Source of the DNA: an uncultured PS1 clade bacterium | GTDB lineage: Bacteria > Pseudomonadota > Alphaproteobacteria > MED-G09 | NCBI GenBank assembly: GCA_902609025.1 | Contig: CACLQD010000001.1 | Coordinates: forward strand, 55,801 to 119,800 | Direction of reading: 5' to 3' | Length of the DNA stretch: 64,000 nucleotides | In this document: positions 59,614 through 64,000 of the stretch, piece by piece | Numbering within the stretch: position 1 is the stretch's first letter | How the letters are laid out: the number at the start of each line of letters is the position of its first letter | The notes under the pieces: generated by a model | Database searches by the model: none | Told to the model about the DNA's origin: nothing | Seen by the model: the letters and a program-made list of their open reading frames with translations, nothing else | Translations under genes and position numbers: made by a program

Positions 59614-61149
59614 TTAAAAATCCTTAATAAAGGTCTTTATATCATCTTTCCTATAAAACCCTATAAAAAATAGGCATATCAAATAAGAGAATAAGCCAAT
59701 TATCACTAAAATCACCAATGAGATAGCCGGATAACTTAAATTAATAATATTAATTAATAAGCTTATTATTAAAAACATTATTGCAGAACTAAATAATACC
59801 TTGATGATATCTGCTAATGTATCTTTACCAAAAAAAACTAAAGATAATTCTTTTAGTTTTTTATAGAATATTAGTACATGAATCCATGCAGATACAGATG
59901 TTGCATAAGCAATTCCAATTACGCCAAAACCAATAAACAAAGGAACTGAGAGAACTATATTTATAGAAATTGCATAAAGACTAAATTTTAGAGGATTCTT
60001 TGTATCTGACATTGAATAAAAAGCCGAAGAAAAAATTCTTATCAAAACATAGGCTGGGAGACCCAGTGAAAAACCTATTAACACATTTGAGACAATTTTA
60101 ACTTCTGCTGAACCAAAAACTCCATATTCATAAATAACACTTACAATAGTTTCTGATAAAATTATTAAACCAAAAGCGGCAGGAATAATTAACGCAAGGG
60201 CTATTTTAATAGTATTACTTAATAAGCTTTTCATCTTTTTTTTTTGGTTATTAATATTTAAGGAAGTGAGATGAGGTAAGATGACTGTTCCTATAGAAAT
60301 ACCTATCAAGGCAAGGGGCAACTGGTAAAGACGCTCAGCATAATACAAGATTGATATTCCTCCTTCTTTAAATGAACAAATAAGACCTGAAATCAAAATA
60401 TTAAACTGAACTGCAAAACCCGAAATTGTCTGTGGCCAAGCAAGTTTTGAGAAATCTTTCAAAGATGTATTATCTTTCTTCTTAGTAAACCTTAATGAGA
60501 ATTTTTGTTTCTTTAAAACATAAAAAATTAACAAGAAATGCAGAAAACCCGATATTGATACCGCAAAAGACAAGAGATAACCCCTATCTATCATGTTCAT
60601 ATTGGGAAACAATAAGGCTATAATTAAAAAGATATTTAAAAATATTGGGGCTAAAGATGTTACAAAAAACTTACCTTGATTATTAATAATTGCCGATCCT
60701 ATCGAAGAAAGCGATATAAAAATAATATAAGGTAGGGTTAATCTAGAGTAACTTATTGCAATATCAATTTTTGTTTGATTTTCACTAAAACCCCCAGCTA
60801 ATACATAAATCAATAATGGCATCAATATTTGAGCAAACAAAACCAATAAAGTAATAGTAGTAATCATATAAAATAAGACGCTTTCTGCAAAATTTATCGA
60901 TTTGTTTTTATTTTCAGAAAAATCTCTTGAAAAGATTGGTATGAACGATGCAGAAAATGCGCCCTCTGATGTTATCCTCCTGAAAATATTTGGTATTCTT
61001 AATGCTATAAAAAAAGCATCGGCAACATAGCTTATTCCAATCACTCTACTAAATAACATATCTCGAATTAGGCCCAGTAATCGACTTAAACCTGTAAATA
61101 AACTGACAGTTATAATACTTCTGGGTGCTTTATTATTATACATATTCAC
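59614..61149 (-). CDS. murJ: lipid II flippase MurJ (MviN)
   Basis: 511-aa, 14-TM MOP-superfamily protein. Conserved glnD-murJ adjacency. Confidence 0.85.
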   Translation of the reverse strand: MNMYNNKAPRSIITVSLFTGLSRLLGLIRDMLFSRVIGISYVADAFFIALRIPNIFRRITSEGAFSASFIPIFSRDFSENKNKSINFAESVLFYMITTITLLVLFAQILMPLLIYVLAGGFSENQTKIDIAISYSRLTLPYIIFISLSSIGSAIINNQGKFFVTSLAPIFLNIFLIIALLFPNMNMIDRGYLLSFAVSISGFLHFLLIFYVLKKQKFSLRFTKKKDNTSLKDFSKLAWPQTISGFAVQFNILISGLICSFKEGGISILYYAERLYQLPLALIGISIGTVILPHLTSLNINNQKKKMKSLLSNTIKIALALIIPAAFGLIILSETIVSVIYEYGVFGSAEVKIVSNVLIGFSLGLPAYVLIRIFSSAFYSMSDTKNPLKFSLYAISINIVLSVPLFIGFGVIGIAYATSVSAWIHVLIFYKKLKELSLVFFGKDTLADIIKVLFSSAIMFLIISLLINIINLSYPAISLVILVIIGLFSYLICLFFIGFYRKDDIKTFIKDF

Positions 61150-63880
61150 TAAAGCTAATTGATTTAATAAGCTCTTTTTGTATGTTTTCTATTTTATTTC
61201 TAGAAGATATTTTTTCACCACTCTTATTTAAAACATAAAAAACATCTGTAGCTCTTTCACCAAATGTTGCTATATGTGCGCTCCGTATATCAATACTTAA
61301 GTCAGAGATCTTTCTTGTTAAATCATTGAGAAGTCCAGGTCTATCTTTTGCGCTAACCTCAATAACAGAATATTTTTTTGAAAGAGAATTATAAATTGAT
61401 ACATCAGGTAAGATGTTAAATGCTGAAGACCTTTTATCAATATTATCTTCATAATTAATTAATGGAATTTCGTCTTCATTAATAAAAAGTAATATTTTCT
61501 CTTTAATTCTTGATAACCTATTCTTATCAACTATTTTTTTTCCAAAATTATCCTGGATCCATAGAATATCAATAACATTTCTCTTATTAGAAAATATTCT
61601 TGCATCAACAATATTAATATTCATATCAAGACAACCAGACGTAATTCTTTCAAAAAGTCTTTTTCTATCTTGAGTTATAACTGTCATAATTGTTGAAGAA
61701 TAATCATCTGAATTATAAAAATCGATAATATCATTTTCTTTATCTTGATTACCTTTTTCCCAAGCAATTAAATTCTGAATTTGTATTTTTTCTGGGACTG
61801 ATGACCAATATTTTTCGTCAACTAAATCAAACCACCTTAATTTATTTTTTTCACTTATATTATTTATTTCAGATTTTATTTTTTCCTTGATTTCATTTGC
61901 TCTGTATACTCGATCCTTTGAAGAATAATTACCTGTTAAAGCAAGATATGTTTCTTTGTATAGATTCTTTAATAGTTCACCTTTCCAATCATTCCATACA
62001 CCCGGACCAACAGCTCTGATATCTGCAACAGTCAAAAATAAAAGAAGCTTGAGTCTTTTAGTAGTTTGAATTTTTTCAGCAAAACCTGAAATAGTCACTG
62101 GGTCAGAAATATCTCTTCGTTGTGCAAAATCACTCATCGCTAGATGATCTAATACTAACCAAGAGATCATTTCTTCATCTTTCTCAGAGAGCCCTAAGCG
62201 CTTAGCCATTTTTCTTACTACTTTTTGTCCTTCTTCTGAATGATCATTCTCTCTGCCCTTTGCAATATCATGGAAGAATATTGCTAGAGACAGAATTCTT
62301 TTTTCATCATTATCAAGGCTTAATGAATTAAGAATATCAAAATCTTCATCCTTTGAATGAAAAATTTTATTTAATTCACCAACTGCTTTAATTAAATGTT
62401 CATCAGCTGTATAATGATGGTACATATTAAACTGCATTAAACCTACAATTCTTCCAAAATCAGGAATAAATTTTCCTAAAACACCACATTCATTCATAGC
62501 TCTTAAAGTTTTTTCCGCCCTAGGGCTGCTTAAAATATTTGTAAATAACTCATTAGTCTTAATATTATTTCTTAATCTATGGTCAATAAAATTAGCTGAC
62601 TTTCTAATAATTCTTACAGCATTTGGATGGGCAAATAAGTTATTTTTTTCAAGAAGATTAAAAAATAATATTATCTTACTTGGATCTTTCTTGAAGATAT
62701 CTTCATTTGATACATTAAGTCTTCCTTTTGAGCTATAAAGACCAAGTCCACCTTCGGAATAGACATATTTAGCAGGAACTTCAAAAAAATTTCTTATAGC
62801 TGAAATTAATGAAATTTTATTTTTTTGTTTTTCCTCAAGAACTGAACATATTACTCTTGTTAAATCACCGACTTCTTTAGCAATAAGAAAATAATGCTTC
62901 ATAAATCTTTCTACTGGTTTTAGTCCTTTTCTATCATTATAACTAAGCTTATCAGCCATCTCCATTTGAACATTAAAATTTATTATGTCATTTGGGTTTT
63001 TCTCTATGAAATGCAGCTGACATCTAATATACCATAGAAAATCTTCACATTTCTTAAAGCTCGCAGCCTCTCGCTCTGTAAGAACACCTTTTTTAAACAT
63101 TTGCTCTGGTCTAGAAGCTTGATAACAAAAATTTGTCATCCAAGATAAGCTTTCTAAATCTCTCAGACCTCCTTTTCCATTTTTTATATTTGGCTCAACA
63201 AGGTACCTAGATTGCCCTTCCTTAATATGTCTGGATTCCCTCTCTTCAAGCTTTGCATCAATAAATTCTTTTGCTGATCTTTTAGAAATTGTATTCCGGA
63301 ATTTTTTATCAAAAACTTTTTTTACCTCTCGATCTCCGCAAATATATCTTGCATCTAAAAGTGATGTTGTGATTGTCTGGTCCTTAGCTGAAAGAGTTAA
63401 ACACTCATTAATATTTCTTGATGCATGACCAATCTTTAGACCTAAGTCCCAAAGAAAATATAGCAAGTTCTCAGTTACGCTTTCTGCCCAAGCAGTCTTT
63501 TTAAAAGGCATTAAAAATAAAAGATCAATGTCTGATCCAGGTGATATTTTCCCTCTACCATAACCTCCAGTAGCTATTATTGCCATTTTTTCAAAATCAG
63601 TTTTATTTTGTGAAATATAATTATGAGCATTTAAATATTGATAGTAACTTTTAATAACATGGTCATAAAGATTAGCTATTTCTCTTGCACATTCAGAGCC
63701 TTTATAAGTTCCTTGTTCAAGATTTTTTTTTGCTTTTTGCAAAGAATTATTAATTATATCCTTTGTTGTAGATATGATTTCTTTATAGCTCTCTTTATTT
63801 TGTCTTAAATCAACATCTAAATAATTTGAAAGAAACTCAAATGAGCTATCATCTACTAATTCTTTAGTTAATTTATTCAT
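61136..63880 (-). CDS. glnD: bifunctional [protein-PII] uridylyltransferase / uridylyl-removing enzyme
   Basis: Nucleotidyltransferase motif GGYGRGKISPGSDIDL, HD domain (HHYTADEH), two C-terminal ACT domains. 914 aa. Confidence 0.9.
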   Translation of the reverse strand: MNKLTKELVDDSSFEFLSNYLDVDLRQNKESYKEIISTTKDIINNSLQKAKKNLEQGTYKGSECAREIANLYDHVIKSYYQYLNAHNYISQNKTDFEKMAIIATGGYGRGKISPGSDIDLLFLMPFKKTAWAESVTENLLYFLWDLGLKIGHASRNINECLTLSAKDQTITTSLLDARYICGDREVKKVFDKKFRNTISKRSAKEFIDAKLEERESRHIKEGQSRYLVEPNIKNGKGGLRDLESLSWMTNFCYQASRPEQMFKKGVLTEREAASFKKCEDFLWYIRCQLHFIEKNPNDIINFNVQMEMADKLSYNDRKGLKPVERFMKHYFLIAKEVGDLTRVICSVLEEKQKNKISLISAIRNFFEVPAKYVYSEGGLGLYSSKGRLNVSNEDIFKKDPSKIILFFNLLEKNNLFAHPNAVRIIRKSANFIDHRLRNNIKTNELFTNILSSPRAEKTLRAMNECGVLGKFIPDFGRIVGLMQFNMYHHYTADEHLIKAVGELNKIFHSKDEDFDILNSLSLDNDEKRILSLAIFFHDIAKGRENDHSEEGQKVVRKMAKRLGLSEKDEEMISWLVLDHLAMSDFAQRRDISDPVTISGFAEKIQTTKRLKLLLFLTVADIRAVGPGVWNDWKGELLKNLYKETYLALTGNYSSKDRVYRANEIKEKIKSEINNISEKNKLRWFDLVDEKYWSSVPEKIQIQNLIAWEKGNQDKENDIIDFYNSDDYSSTIMTVITQDRKRLFERITSGCLDMNINIVDARIFSNKRNVIDILWIQDNFGKKIVDKNRLSRIKEKILLFINEDEIPLINYEDNIDKRSSAFNILPDVSIYNSLSKKYSVIEVSAKDRPGLLNDLTRKISDLSIDIRSAHIATFGERATDVFYVLNKSGEKISSRNKIENIQKELIKSISFSEYV

Positions 63881-64000
63881 ATCAAAATTATAATAAAACG
63901 TTTCATTACATTTATTGATTTTTTATCCAAAAGTAAAATTTTAGATAAATTACTGCATTTTAGTAATTAAAATTTATAAAAATATATTTTTTTATTATAT

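Overview
This 64 kb window is about 95% coding and very AT-rich (roughly 30% GC). Genes are tightly packed with many 1-8 nt overlaps (ATGA, TAATG), as in a streamlined alphaproteobacterial chromosome. Synteny suggests a SAR11/Pelagibacterales-like genome: addA?-trxA-folC-accD-trpABF, cmk-rpsA-ihfB, irr<>fabA-fabB-fabI, tsaB-rimI-fur-miaB-phoH-ybeY-corC-lnt. It is a core housekeeping region. It contains the replication-initiation cluster (dnaA-dnaN-recF-gyrB), part of the trp operon, pyrF, rpsA, aroA, panBC, an aa3-type cytochrome c oxidase cluster with heme O synthase and a SCO1 copper chaperone, mutM, ubiE/ubiB, coaBC, katG with an Irr-like Fur-family regulator, fabABI, the pnp-rpsO-truB-rbfA-infB-nusA-rimP block, metK, lnt, trpS, murJ and glnD. 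One tRNA-Ala(GGC) was found. I found no rRNA, CRISPR array, transposase/integrase or prophage, and no obvious defence or accessory island.

Most worth a second look:
- trmB is split by a single-base indel in an A7 homopolymer.
- The oxidase locus is non-canonical. It has two tandem subunit-III-family genes, a His-rich subunit-IV tail, and a diiron-carboxylate protein plus secreted ankyrin and Sel1 repeat proteins where ctaA/ctaG/surf1 normally sit.
- katG sits downstream of an Irr-like regulator that is divergent from fabA.
- A perfect 2 x 48 bp tandem duplication encodes the lysine-rich C-terminal tail of PNPase.

I cannot support any clearly novel multi-gene system from sequence alone.
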